From positions 1,286 to 65,285 of the forward strand of contig JAGWYA010000005.1 in assembly GCA_018969615.1 (NCBI GenBank): 64,000 nt of DNA, given 5' to 3'. The translations under genes were made by a program, and so were the position numbers. This DNA is from Patescibacteria group bacterium (GTDB lineage Bacteria; Patescibacteriota; Minisyncoccia; UBA6257; 02-FULL-45-10c). The notes under the pieces were generated by a model, which saw nothing but the letters and a program-made list of their open reading frames with translations, was not told the origin of the DNA and made no database searches. Below, one piece after another: positions 17,701-25,533 of this stretch. The stretch's first letter is position 1. Every line of letters begins with the position of its first letter.

Positions 17701-18375
17701 GCGCTCACCAGCGGTGAGACGACCCTCGTCAGCGGCGATGCGAAGACCTTGTACAAGTTCCAGGTGACCGCGAATAACGGTGACGTGGCGCTCTACAAGA
17801 TGACCTTCAGCGTTTCGTCCTCGACTGCATCCGGCAGCGACGCTACGACGACCAAATTCGGTCTCTATGCGTTCACTGATTCCGGCTTCAGCACCCCGGA
17901 TGCGAACTTCTCCGGTACGAATAACCCGGGTGGTTTGGTCAACGCAGGCTTCTGCTACAGCGGCCTTGGCTCGAACAGCCATGTCGCTCCGGCAAGCTCC
18001 GCGTTGGGCGCAGGCTCTGCTCTCGTCTCGGTCTATCCGGACCAGACTGGTTGCAACCAGGGTACGACCACGTTGATCGTTCCGGCTGGTCAGTCTCGCT
18101 GGTTCAAGTTGGTAGGCTCCGTCGGTACGCTCGCTCCGTCTGGCACATCTGAAAACATTCAGGTGCAGCTCCAGGGTGATGCGGCGTTCCCGGTGAATGC
18201 TTCCACCTTGATGCAGAAGGCATCCGGCGTGAACGGCGACACCAACAACAACCTCATCTGGTCTCCGATCTCCACAACGACTTCGAACCTCTCGTCTGAT
18301 CTCGATTGGACGAACGGCTTCGGCGTAGTAGGTCTCCCGAGCACCAACATGACGGCTGTCACGTTGAGCAAGTAG
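14746..18375 (+). CDS. Large secreted S-layer-like protein with peptidoglycan-binding domain
   Basis: Signal peptide, IADLQAQIAAL coiled coil, LTLGSTGAAVMDLQKFLN...GYFGPITR PG-binding motif, poly-Thr linker, S/T/G-rich beta domains, strongly biased codons; start may be 14767. Confidence 0.85.
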   Translation: MVKNKRIMNKQLISKVSVAFVSAATVITMSGFGTLVPVVAHGVTIADLQAQIAALTAQLAALQGSATTPAAATSSAVPADLLSSGDLTLGSTGAAVMDLQKFLNANGAQVAATGVGSSGNETTYFGSLTQKALAKWQAANGIAPASGYFGPITRSKLSSLSAAAPAPTTTTTTTTTTTTTTPAAAGTGLTVTLAPSQPAASLAPNGATRIPLTKVQLTASADGDVTVNGLTVERQGLAQDAALSAVMLLDSNGVQMGLKKTLNSNHQAVVGDTFTVKAGTTMTVTLAANRGTTSSYAGQTFDLALVGVNTTATVNGALPLVGTTDTINESLTIGTVTMAKGPLDPGASQTENIGTTGYTFSSVKVTAGSSEKVDLQSVRWNQTGSAGSGDLSNVVTVVDGTSYPTVVSADGKYYTTTFPGTGLSIDKGSSREVSIRGDISGGSSRTVEFDLAKLTDLGLMGETFGYGITPPQTGSSVAAYGADAFSSSEDPWFAGAKVTVSSGTMSVSTWTGVQAQNVAINLANQPLGGWSVDTKGEPISVGSMKFVLQVNQTGANKGGLADLTNLQLVDQTGAVLAGPIDATGSANNGTITFTDSVTFPVGITNLTLEGKLGSNFVSNDTVSASTSPATGWTSVTGQTTGNVITPTGSSLQSQNMTVKAAAVSLSVSSVPIAQTVIAGSNQFLFANYLMDTTSSGEDMRLTSLPLYLTVGAGAATDLTNCKLYNGSTVLNSEHVLNPTAAGANIVTFDSSLTLPKGTSTTLSLKCDVLASATGNYNWGFHSTTASATGLTSGQSVTLADANNLGQVMTSATGGALTVALDSSSPSYAIASPGQTVELARIKFSASNEDVNLKQVALQLTGSASNTIIDLVGQQVTLNTVSGTQVGTATFTSGVTATSSALSGFVVPKDGSAVLVVKGTIAGISASGPLTKSGDLLKIDYDGNNTGLTGNYGTGVSSGTTVTPSGSDTASNGVRIMKSYPTLAQVALTSGETTLVSGDAKTLYKFQVTANNGDVALYKMTFSVSSSTASGSDATTTKFGLYAFTDSGFSTPDANFSGTNNPGGLVNAGFCYSGLGSNSHVAPASSALGAGSALVSVYPDQTGCNQGTTTLIVPAGQSRWFKLVGSVGTLAPSGTSENIQVQLQGDAAFPVNASTLMQKASGVNGDTNNNLIWSPISTTTSNLSSDLDWTNGFGVVGLPSTNMTAVTLSK

Positions 18376-18403
18376 TTTTCAGAGCTTGAGACTCTGAAAG
18401 CTT

Positions 18404-18440
18404 AACCAAAACCCCTCCCTTGTGGAGGGGTTTTTGGTTT
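18404..18440 (+). terminator. Intrinsic terminator
   Basis: AAAACCCCTCC/GGAGGGGTTTT stem with T-tract. Confidence 0.8.
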
Positions 18441-18492
18441 CCTTATTTTTTTTTACTTCTATGGAGGGCGGCCAGAAATAACTATTGCTTTT

Positions 18493-18631
18493 GATCCTGA
18501 TCCTCTCGCGGCAGCACTGGGGTCTTACGCTGCCTTAAGAGGATCAGGATCCTTGCCCGGAGAACTCGTAGAGGGAGAAGCAGATCATTTTTTATAACGT
18601 AAGAACCCGGTGTTATAAAAAATGATCTGCT
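18493..18631. repeat. Paired long hairpins, loop family 2 (copy 2)
   Basis: Loop ACTGGGGTCTTAC (18516-18528) in a 14+6 bp stem; loop GTAAGAACCCGGT (18599-18611) in a perfect 20-bp stem. Confidence 0.85.
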
Positions 18632-18687
18632 GCTCACCTGAGCGCTTTGTGGAATTTAAGTACCACTTTTGGTACTATGTTTTAGTT

Positions 18688-20394
18688 ATGCTGGAACGCC
18701 TCAAAACTTATCTGACTGCCCGGAACCTTTTGATCGCCGTATTGGTGTTCGGTTCGCTGATCCGATTCTGGGGCGTGGGAACCGCGGAGATCTTCAATGA
18801 CGAAGGGTTCTACGCGTTCCGTTCGATCGGCTATCTGGATTACATCCAGAACGTCAGCCAGACGACCCCGATCCAGTGGTTTCAGAATACGGTAATGCCG
18901 TGGTGGACGCATTTGTCGTTCCATGACGTCCCGCCGCTGTTCTTCATGGTGCAGCATTATTTCTTTATGCTGTTCGGCGATTCGCTGTTGGTCGCGCGGC
19001 TCCCGTCGCTTCTCGCCGGGATCGGGACGCTGCTGCTGATGTATTATATCGGGAAACGATTGTTCCAAAATGAATACGCCGGCGTGCTCGCCGCGGCGCT
19101 TCTGGCGGTGAGCAATATGCATATCTGGATCTCGCGTTCGTCGCTGATCGAAGGATTGGAGGTGTTCATCATCGCGGGTGCGATCCTGATCTTTTTGCAT
19201 TTTTTGGAGGACCGGAAAAAATGGTGGCCGTGGCTGGGAGTTGCGTTGGGCGCCGCCGCGCTGACCAAATACACCGCCGTGTTCATCGTGCCGGTGTTTT
19301 TGATCGTTCTGCTGATGCGCGACCGGAAGCTGCTTCTGGCGGGCGAGTTCTGGTATGCAGTGGTGCTTGCGGCGATCCTGTTCTCGCCGGTGATCGTCTA
19401 TAACATTGAGATGTATCATGCGGTCGGTCATTTTGATCTTCAGTTCGCGTATCTGTTTCATCAGGCGACCCCGGAGTGGCAGGCGTCGCTCGGAAAGGTC
19501 CAGGACCCGTTCGGGAATATCGGGAGCAATCTTTTGGCGATGTATTCGATCCCGTTCCTGGTGCTGGCGTTCGGCGGATTCGTACTCGGCCTCGTGGAAT
19601 GGTTTAAAAAGAAAAGCGGCGTTGCGCAGATGCTTCAGGCGGCCGAGTCGTATCTGGGCATTGGTGATCACGGAAATGAATGGGCTCCGCTTGCGGTCAG
19701 CGCGGTGATCCTGATCACGCTCATGCTGGTGGCGGTGGGGTCGGCCTACCGGTTCCTGGCGCTCTACAGCATCTTTTTTGTGATCCTGGCGGTCGCAGCG
19801 CTCTGGGAACTTCGGAAGATCGATGATATCCGGGGATGGTTCGTACTGATCGTGATCGCGCTTTTGGCATACCAATTATATTTTGCGATCGACGGCATTT
19901 TCATGACTTTCCCGGATTTCGGTATCGTGAAGCTCGATGCGTATTTTTCTCAGGGGTTTAACGGGATGCGCTCGGCCGATCCGCCGCAGTCGTCGAATCC
20001 TCATTTGGAACAGGTGATCAAGGATAATCTTTCGTTGGTACCGGCAAGTTCGACGCCGTTCATGATCGTCTATGATGAGAACGTCGCCTTGTCCGCGCGG
20101 CTGTGGCTGTTCACGCGGCGGATCTATTACCACGGCATTTCGGCGGTGACGACGGGGCAGTTCAAGTCATTGCTTCAGTCGAACCAGGCGGCGCTCAAGG
20201 GGATCACGGTCTATTTCGTGAAAGCGAGCCAATACACCTCGCTCAATCCGTATTTAAGCGTTCCCGATGCCTCTGATCTTACAGCATTCCTGACCGCTCC
20301 TTCGGCGAACGGGGGGTTGGGTCTTACGCCGGCGGCAACGATCACCGGATATGACGGATTGCCGATGTTCACGGTCTATAAGTTCACGATGTAA
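18688..20394 (+). CDS. GT-C glycosyltransferase (ArnT/PMT_2, GT39/83-like)
   Basis: NDEGFY first-loop acidic motif, HDVPPL, ARLPS, LTKYT; multi-TM; start 18688 (MLERLK). Confidence 0.85.
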   Translation: MLERLKTYLTARNLLIAVLVFGSLIRFWGVGTAEIFNDEGFYAFRSIGYLDYIQNVSQTTPIQWFQNTVMPWWTHLSFHDVPPLFFMVQHYFFMLFGDSLLVARLPSLLAGIGTLLLMYYIGKRLFQNEYAGVLAAALLAVSNMHIWISRSSLIEGLEVFIIAGAILIFLHFLEDRKKWWPWLGVALGAAALTKYTAVFIVPVFLIVLLMRDRKLLLAGEFWYAVVLAAILFSPVIVYNIEMYHAVGHFDLQFAYLFHQATPEWQASLGKVQDPFGNIGSNLLAMYSIPFLVLAFGGFVLGLVEWFKKKSGVAQMLQAAESYLGIGDHGNEWAPLAVSAVILITLMLVAVGSAYRFLALYSIFFVILAVAALWELRKIDDIRGWFVLIVIALLAYQLYFAIDGIFMTFPDFGIVKLDAYFSQGFNGMRSADPPQSSNPHLEQVIKDNLSLVPASSTPFMIVYDENVALSARLWLFTRRIYYHGISAVTTGQFKSLLQSNQAALKGITVYFVKASQYTSLNPYLSVPDASDLTAFLTAPSANGGLGLTPAATITGYDGLPMFTVYKFTM

Positions 20395-20489
20395 GGATTC
20401 CCTTTGACTCCTTTGACGGAATTTTTTGCTTTTTACGTTTGACATTCGACATTCAGACTTTTGACTATTTCGTGTGTTATACTAACAGT

Positions 20490-21515
20490 ATGAAAAAAGC
20501 ACTTTTGTTCGCGGGAAGTCTGGGGTTGGTTTTTACGCTGGTCGGCATTGCATCGGCGGCATCGTTCGGGCGAGATCTGACGATCGGTTCGCAGGGAACT
20601 GATGTAACAGACCTTCAGAACTTTTTGACGCAGCAAGGCGTATATACAGGTCCGGTAACCGGGTATTTCGGCCCACTGACTCAGGAAGGCGTGAAGAAGT
20701 TCCAGGAAGCGCATCAGATCACACCGGTCGCCGGCTACTTCGGACCGCTGACGCGCTCGGCGGCGAATGGATTGCTCGGCGTTTCGCAGGCCGCTTCTGT
20801 TGTTTCCGCGGCTCCGGCTGCCTCGGCTGCTTCTTCGCAACTTGATACGGTTGCGGCTCTTTTAAAGCAGCTGCAGGCACTGAAGGATGAGCTTGCGGGA
20901 TTGACCGCTGCGGCTCCGGCGCCCGCTGCAACAACGACCCCCGCGGTTCCCGCGGTAACGCCGGCGACTACGACTCCTGTGACTGCGGTAGCGACCGCAA
21001 CACCGGCGGTTACGGCCTCATCTCTTCCGAATCCGTTTACGAGCCCGATGACGATCGTTTCCGATTATCCGTCCCGGACGCTCAGCTCTTATACCTCCGC
21101 CATTCTCAATGAATATGTTTTGAGCGGGGCACCCGAGAAAGTGGCGATCACAAAATTGCGCGTGACGAATGTCGGAACGTTCAGCGATATCTATATTAAC
21201 GAGTTGGCGTTGTCCAACAGTTTGACCGGGCAGGTGCTGGCGACGACCGGCGCGCCGGTGGACGGCGTAGCGGAGTTCGTGATGACGCCGGATGCGAGCA
21301 AGCCGGATAAGGGCGTGATGGTCTCGGGTGGGATCTATACGATCACGGGTGCGCTGCGGACGCCAAATATCGGGGGAACGAAGCCGTATCTCGAATTGGA
21401 TGTCGCATCATCCACTGACGTCACTGCGGTTGATTACGCGACGCTGTCGCGCACAGCCGACCTGGGGGGATCGAATGCGTTCCCGATCATCGGTCCGCGG
21501 ATCTCGGCTTTTTAG
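20490..21515 (+). CDS. Secreted peptidoglycan-binding domain protein
   Basis: Signal peptide MKKALL, FGRDLTIGSQGTDVTDLQNFL..GYFGPLT PG-binding motif, A/T/P-rich linker. Confidence 0.85.
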   Translation: MKKALLFAGSLGLVFTLVGIASAASFGRDLTIGSQGTDVTDLQNFLTQQGVYTGPVTGYFGPLTQEGVKKFQEAHQITPVAGYFGPLTRSAANGLLGVSQAASVVSAAPAASAASSQLDTVAALLKQLQALKDELAGLTAAAPAPAATTTPAVPAVTPATTTPVTAVATATPAVTASSLPNPFTSPMTIVSDYPSRTLSSYTSAILNEYVLSGAPEKVAITKLRVTNVGTFSDIYINELALSNSLTGQVLATTGAPVDGVAEFVMTPDASKPDKGVMVSGGIYTITGALRTPNIGGTKPYLELDVASSTDVTAVDYATLSRTADLGGSNAFPIIGPRISAF

Positions 21516-21572
21516 CTCTGGTCAGCCTGGCTCGGATTCGGTATACTGAAAAACAAATACTATTTTATTTTT

Positions 21573-22346
21573 ATGAAAAAAGTCATCGGATTAGTGGTGG
21601 GTGTCGCAGTGCTTGCGTTGGTTATTGTGGGGGTGAGGTATGAGATGGATCGCGGAAGCCGTTGGGCGCAGCCGTCTCCGGAAGAAGCAGTGGTTGCTAC
21701 GACGACGCCGCAGACTGCGGCGACCTCAACCCCGGCAACAGGGGATGATGCCGCATTGCAGGCGGAGGCAGCCCTGCTTTTGGATCAGCCCGCGACCGTC
21801 GACCCTTCTTTAAATCTATCTGACTCGGTGCAGCAGATGGCGCTTCAGAAGATCAAGGATTCGACCGATATGCTCCGCGCGAACTATAACTATGCGAATC
21901 CGTGGTATGACCTGAGCGCGTATCGCCGGATGATCGGAGATTACAACGGCGCGATCGATGACCTCTTGTTCGTGACGAAGATCCGTCCGGATGACTTCGT
22001 TTCGCTTCATGACTTGGGTGATATCTATGCATTCCTGAAGGATTATCCGAAGGCGGAATCGTATTACCTTGCCTCGATCAGTAAGAATCCTCAGAACAGT
22101 GATGCGTATGTGGCGCTTGCGGCGATCTATCAGTACAATGACACGGCGAACGCTTCGCAGATCGTTCCGCTGCTCCAAAAAGGGATCGCGGCGGATCCGA
22201 AAGACGCACGATTACTGATCACGCTGGGAGAATATGAAAAGAGTATTGGCAACACCGCCGAGGCAAAGACTTATTTGAACAAAGCATTGGCGCTGGATCC
22301 GTCCAATACATCTCTCCAGCAGGAGGTCGCCGCGCTTGGCCAATAG
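21573..22346 (+). CDS. Membrane-anchored TPR protein
   Basis: N-terminal TM helix, T-rich linker, TPR-like repeats (LGDIY..KAESYY; AKTYLNKALALDP). Confidence 0.85.
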   Translation: MKKVIGLVVGVAVLALVIVGVRYEMDRGSRWAQPSPEEAVVATTTPQTAATSTPATGDDAALQAEAALLLDQPATVDPSLNLSDSVQQMALQKIKDSTDMLRANYNYANPWYDLSAYRRMIGDYNGAIDDLLFVTKIRPDDFVSLHDLGDIYAFLKDYPKAESYYLASISKNPQNSDAYVALAAIYQYNDTANASQIVPLLQKGIAADPKDARLLITLGEYEKSIGNTAEAKTYLNKALALDPSNTSLQQEVAALGQ

Positions 22347-22356
22347 GCGACCGGCT

Positions 22357-24036
22357 ATGCGTACGTGGTTCAGGCCGAAATATGTGCTGATCGCGATCCT
22401 CGCGGTTGCCTTTGCGTTGCGGTTATGGGGGATCGGGAATACGGATATGCTCGGCGATGAAGCGGCTGATGCGTTCCGATCCGTCGGGTATATCGATTAT
22501 CTTGGAACGAGCGCCCAAACGCAGCCGATCGATTGGTTTAAGGATTCTCCGACGCTTCCCGCCTGGACCTCGCTGTCGTTCCATGATGATCCGCCGCTGG
22601 GATTCATGGTCCAGCATTCATTCTTTGCGTTCTTCGGCGATTCATCGACAACCGCGCGTCTCCCGGCGGTTCTTTTTGGTACGCTGGCGGTTTGGCTGCT
22701 CTATGAGATCGCTAAAAAATTGCTCGTGCGCGACCATCGCGGAAGAGATGATCTGTTGTCCGGCAATGCCGTCGAAGGCATCGCGCTTCTCGCGGCGGGA
22801 CTGTATGCGATCGAACCGGCGACAGTGGGTATTTTCCGGACTGCGCTTTTGGAGCCGATCCTCATTTTTTTCGTACTACTGAACCTTTGGTGTTTTCTGA
22901 AGTTCGTTGAGGACCGCCGCTGGTGGTGGCCGTTCGGATTGACCCTGGGAGCGGTTGCGCTGACCAAATATACGGGCGTATTCCTGGTGCCGCTGTATGC
23001 GCTGTACCTTTTTCTGTATGATCGGAAGTTGTTCCGGAGCTGGCGTTTGTATGCGGCGCTTTTGCTGACGGTCATTCTGTTCTCGCCGGTGATCATCTAT
23101 AACGCCCAGCTGTTTCAGGCGCGCGGCCATTTCGATCTGCAGTTCGCCTATCTGCTGCATCAGGCAACGCCCGAATGGACCGGTCTCATCGGGAAAACAC
23201 AGGCGCCGTTCTCGGCGATCATTCCGAATCTGATCACATCCTACGGGATCCCGTTCCTTGCAATGGCGCTTGCCGGTCTTGTCATCGCAGGGATCTGGTA
23301 TCGGAAATATCGCAGACAGGGGATGCTCTTTGTGCTTGCCTATGTTTTATTCTTGGGGCTGCTGTTGGTAAAGATCGGTTCGGCATCCCGTTTTCTGGCG
23401 ATGCTGGGACCTGCGTTTGTGATCCTTGCGGCCATCGCGTTATGGTCTCTGGCCGTGTTTCCGCGCGTTTCGCGTACCGGCCGGTACGCGCTGGTGCTTG
23501 CGGCGGCGCTCTTTATGGCTTATGAGGCGGGCGTTGCGATCGACCGGAATATCGTTTCCTATCCATCGTATGGCGTTGCGGGATTGGACAACTATTTCTC
23601 GCAGCAATTCAGCGGTATTGAGTCTGCGGTCATTCCGGAGGCCGATAATGTGCATCTGACGGCGATCACTAAGGAGTTCGCGGCAAAGAAATCAGCGATC
23701 GCGCCGCGGAAATTGGTGATGATCGTGTATAACGACCAGATAGCCCTTCCGACATTGGAATGGGTGTTCTATCGCCGTTTCTTCTATCATTCGATCCCGA
23801 CGATGTATGTGCAGAACTTTGAAAGCGCTTTGAAAGCGAATCCGACGCAGTTCAATGGTTTTACCGTTTATTTCGTGCAAACGACGCCGCATACCCTTTT
23901 GGACCCGTTCCGGGCGAACGATACGGCCGGCGATGCGTTTGAGCAGCAGGTCATCGCCAACGGCGTGCAGCCGGACGCGGTCATTTACGGCACCGGCCAT
24001 CAGGAAATGTTCCGCGTATACAAGTTTACACTGTAG
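22357..24036 (+). CDS. GT-C glycosyltransferase (ArnT/PMT_2-like), paralog of 18688..20394
   Basis: GDEAADAFRSVGYIDY, HDDPPL and GHFDLQFAYLLHQATPEW shared with the paralog. Confidence 0.85.
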   Translation: MRTWFRPKYVLIAILAVAFALRLWGIGNTDMLGDEAADAFRSVGYIDYLGTSAQTQPIDWFKDSPTLPAWTSLSFHDDPPLGFMVQHSFFAFFGDSSTTARLPAVLFGTLAVWLLYEIAKKLLVRDHRGRDDLLSGNAVEGIALLAAGLYAIEPATVGIFRTALLEPILIFFVLLNLWCFLKFVEDRRWWWPFGLTLGAVALTKYTGVFLVPLYALYLFLYDRKLFRSWRLYAALLLTVILFSPVIIYNAQLFQARGHFDLQFAYLLHQATPEWTGLIGKTQAPFSAIIPNLITSYGIPFLAMALAGLVIAGIWYRKYRRQGMLFVLAYVLFLGLLLVKIGSASRFLAMLGPAFVILAAIALWSLAVFPRVSRTGRYALVLAAALFMAYEAGVAIDRNIVSYPSYGVAGLDNYFSQQFSGIESAVIPEADNVHLTAITKEFAAKKSAIAPRKLVMIVYNDQIALPTLEWVFYRRFFYHSIPTMYVQNFESALKANPTQFNGFTVYFVQTTPHTLLDPFRANDTAGDAFEQQVIANGVQPDAVIYGTGHQEMFRVYKFTL

Positions 24037-24065
24037 GCAGTGGCCCGTAGGGAGTAGGCAGTAGT

Positions 24066-24093
24066 AAAAATTCCGCTGAAGGGCGGAATTTTT
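24066..24093. terminator. Bidirectional terminator between convergent genes
   Basis: AAAAATTCCGC/GCGGAATTTTT. Confidence 0.75.
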
Positions 24094-24139
24094 ATTGGAA
24101 ATTGGATATTGGAAATTATTTCTTCCTACTGCCCACGCG

Positions 24140-25330
24140 CTACTTGCTACGTACTATTTTCTCGTACACTTCCTCCGTCTTTTTCACCATCGTGGTGAGA
24201 TTGAATGATTTGCGGACAGCGGCGTGCGCTGTTTTTTCGATCTCGCGGGCGATCGACGGATTAGCGAGGAGTCCGGTGATCGCATGAGCAAGTTGTGCCG
24301 GGTCGCGCTGAGTGATCATGATGCCGTTCTCATGGCTTTTGATGATCTCTGGGATGCCCCCGGCCTCGGTGACGATGATCGGCAGCTCGGCCGCCATGGC
24401 TTCCAGGAGAATATACGGAAGACCTTCTTTGATGGAGGACATGACGAACATATCAAAGGCCTTCAGATACCGCGCATCATCTCCGGACGGCGGAATAAAA
24501 AAGAATCTATCGCTGACGTTCGACTTTTGACTTTCGACTTTTAGTTTCGGTAATTCCGGTCCATCGCCGATGATGAAGAAAACGCCGCGGGGGACCAAAG
24601 CGGCCGCGCGGATGAGCGTTTCATAGTTCTTTTCCTTGACGATACGTCCGATCGAACCGATCCAAACCTCTCCGACATTTGACATTTGACGTTCGCCGCC
24701 TTCAGCGAGCCTCGCCCCTGGCGGGACTTTTGACTTGCTTAAAATTTCTTCCCGGGCCTTTTCTTTGCTCAGAAATTTTAAGCTTGGATCGATGCCGTTA
24801 TGGATCATGGTGATCTTGTGATCGGGTGTGATGTGAAGTTGGCGGGCAAGCGCGGCATCGTATTCAGAAACGCAGATGATCGCATCCTGGAATTTCGCTG
24901 TGAGCATATGGAGGGCGATATAGAACCAGCGGATCGGTCCTGCGATCGCATTCGTCGGATTGAAGACCCAGCCATGCGCCGTGAAGACGACTTTGATTGG
25001 ATGACTTTCGACTTTAGACTTTCGACTTTTGACTTTATATATTCTGGCCGCGATCGCGCCTAATACCCCGGCTTTTGAACTATTGAGATGAAGAACGTCC
25101 GGCTGTTCGCGTTTGAGAAGGCGGACGATCTCCGCGACCGCGAGCCAGTCATTCGCGAACAGAAACCACGGACGCGTGGCGTTGGAAAGCCAGCGAAGGT
25201 CCTTTCCGCCATAGACGATCTTTGCTTCAAAGCGGTCCCGGGGGAGGCTTTGAGCAAGATCGGTGACGTATTTTTGCGCCCCGCCGACATCGGCTTTCGT
25301 GATTAGATAGAGGACTTTTATCTTTTTCAT
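24140..25330 (-). CDS. GT4 glycosyltransferase carrying repeat-derived insertions
   Basis: GGAQKYV, HLNSSKAG, EGLPYILLEAMAA; KSKVES-type inserts encoded by 7-bp repeats. Confidence 0.9.
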   Translation of the reverse strand: MKKIKVLYLITKADVGGAQKYVTDLAQSLPRDRFEAKIVYGGKDLRWLSNATRPWFLFANDWLAVAEIVRLLKREQPDVLHLNSSKAGVLGAIAARIYKVKSRKSKVESHPIKVVFTAHGWVFNPTNAIAGPIRWFYIALHMLTAKFQDAIICVSEYDAALARQLHITPDHKITMIHNGIDPSLKFLSKEKAREEILSKSKVPPGARLAEGGERQMSNVGEVWIGSIGRIVKEKNYETLIRAAALVPRGVFFIIGDGPELPKLKVESQKSNVSDRFFFIPPSGDDARYLKAFDMFVMSSIKEGLPYILLEAMAAELPIIVTEAGGIPEIIKSHENGIMITQRDPAQLAHAITGLLANPSIAREIEKTAHAAVRKSFNLTTMVKKTEEVYEKIVRSK

Positions 25331-25533
25331 ACACTTTTCTTTTGGGAATTAGAAATTGGTTATTAGAAATTTAATCCTACTGCCCACTGCCTACGCACTA
25401 CTTACTTTTTAGCCCCGTATCCTTATTAGCCTTTCCGGTGTTATATACGGTAAAATTACACTATATCACGCTTTTGGCTTTAGGTTATTTACTGCCCACT
25501 TCCTACTGCCTACGTGCTATTTCTATAACACGC

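Noticed and set aside
1473-18631. Long hairpins as integron attC sites
   Set aside because: There are no consistent RYYYAAC/GTTRRRY ends or extrahelical-base pattern, conservation lies in the loop rather than the ends, and no IntI is present.
16072-19875. Long minus-strand ORFs (338, 289 and 397 aa)
   Set aside because: Antisense shadows of the S-layer and GT-C genes.
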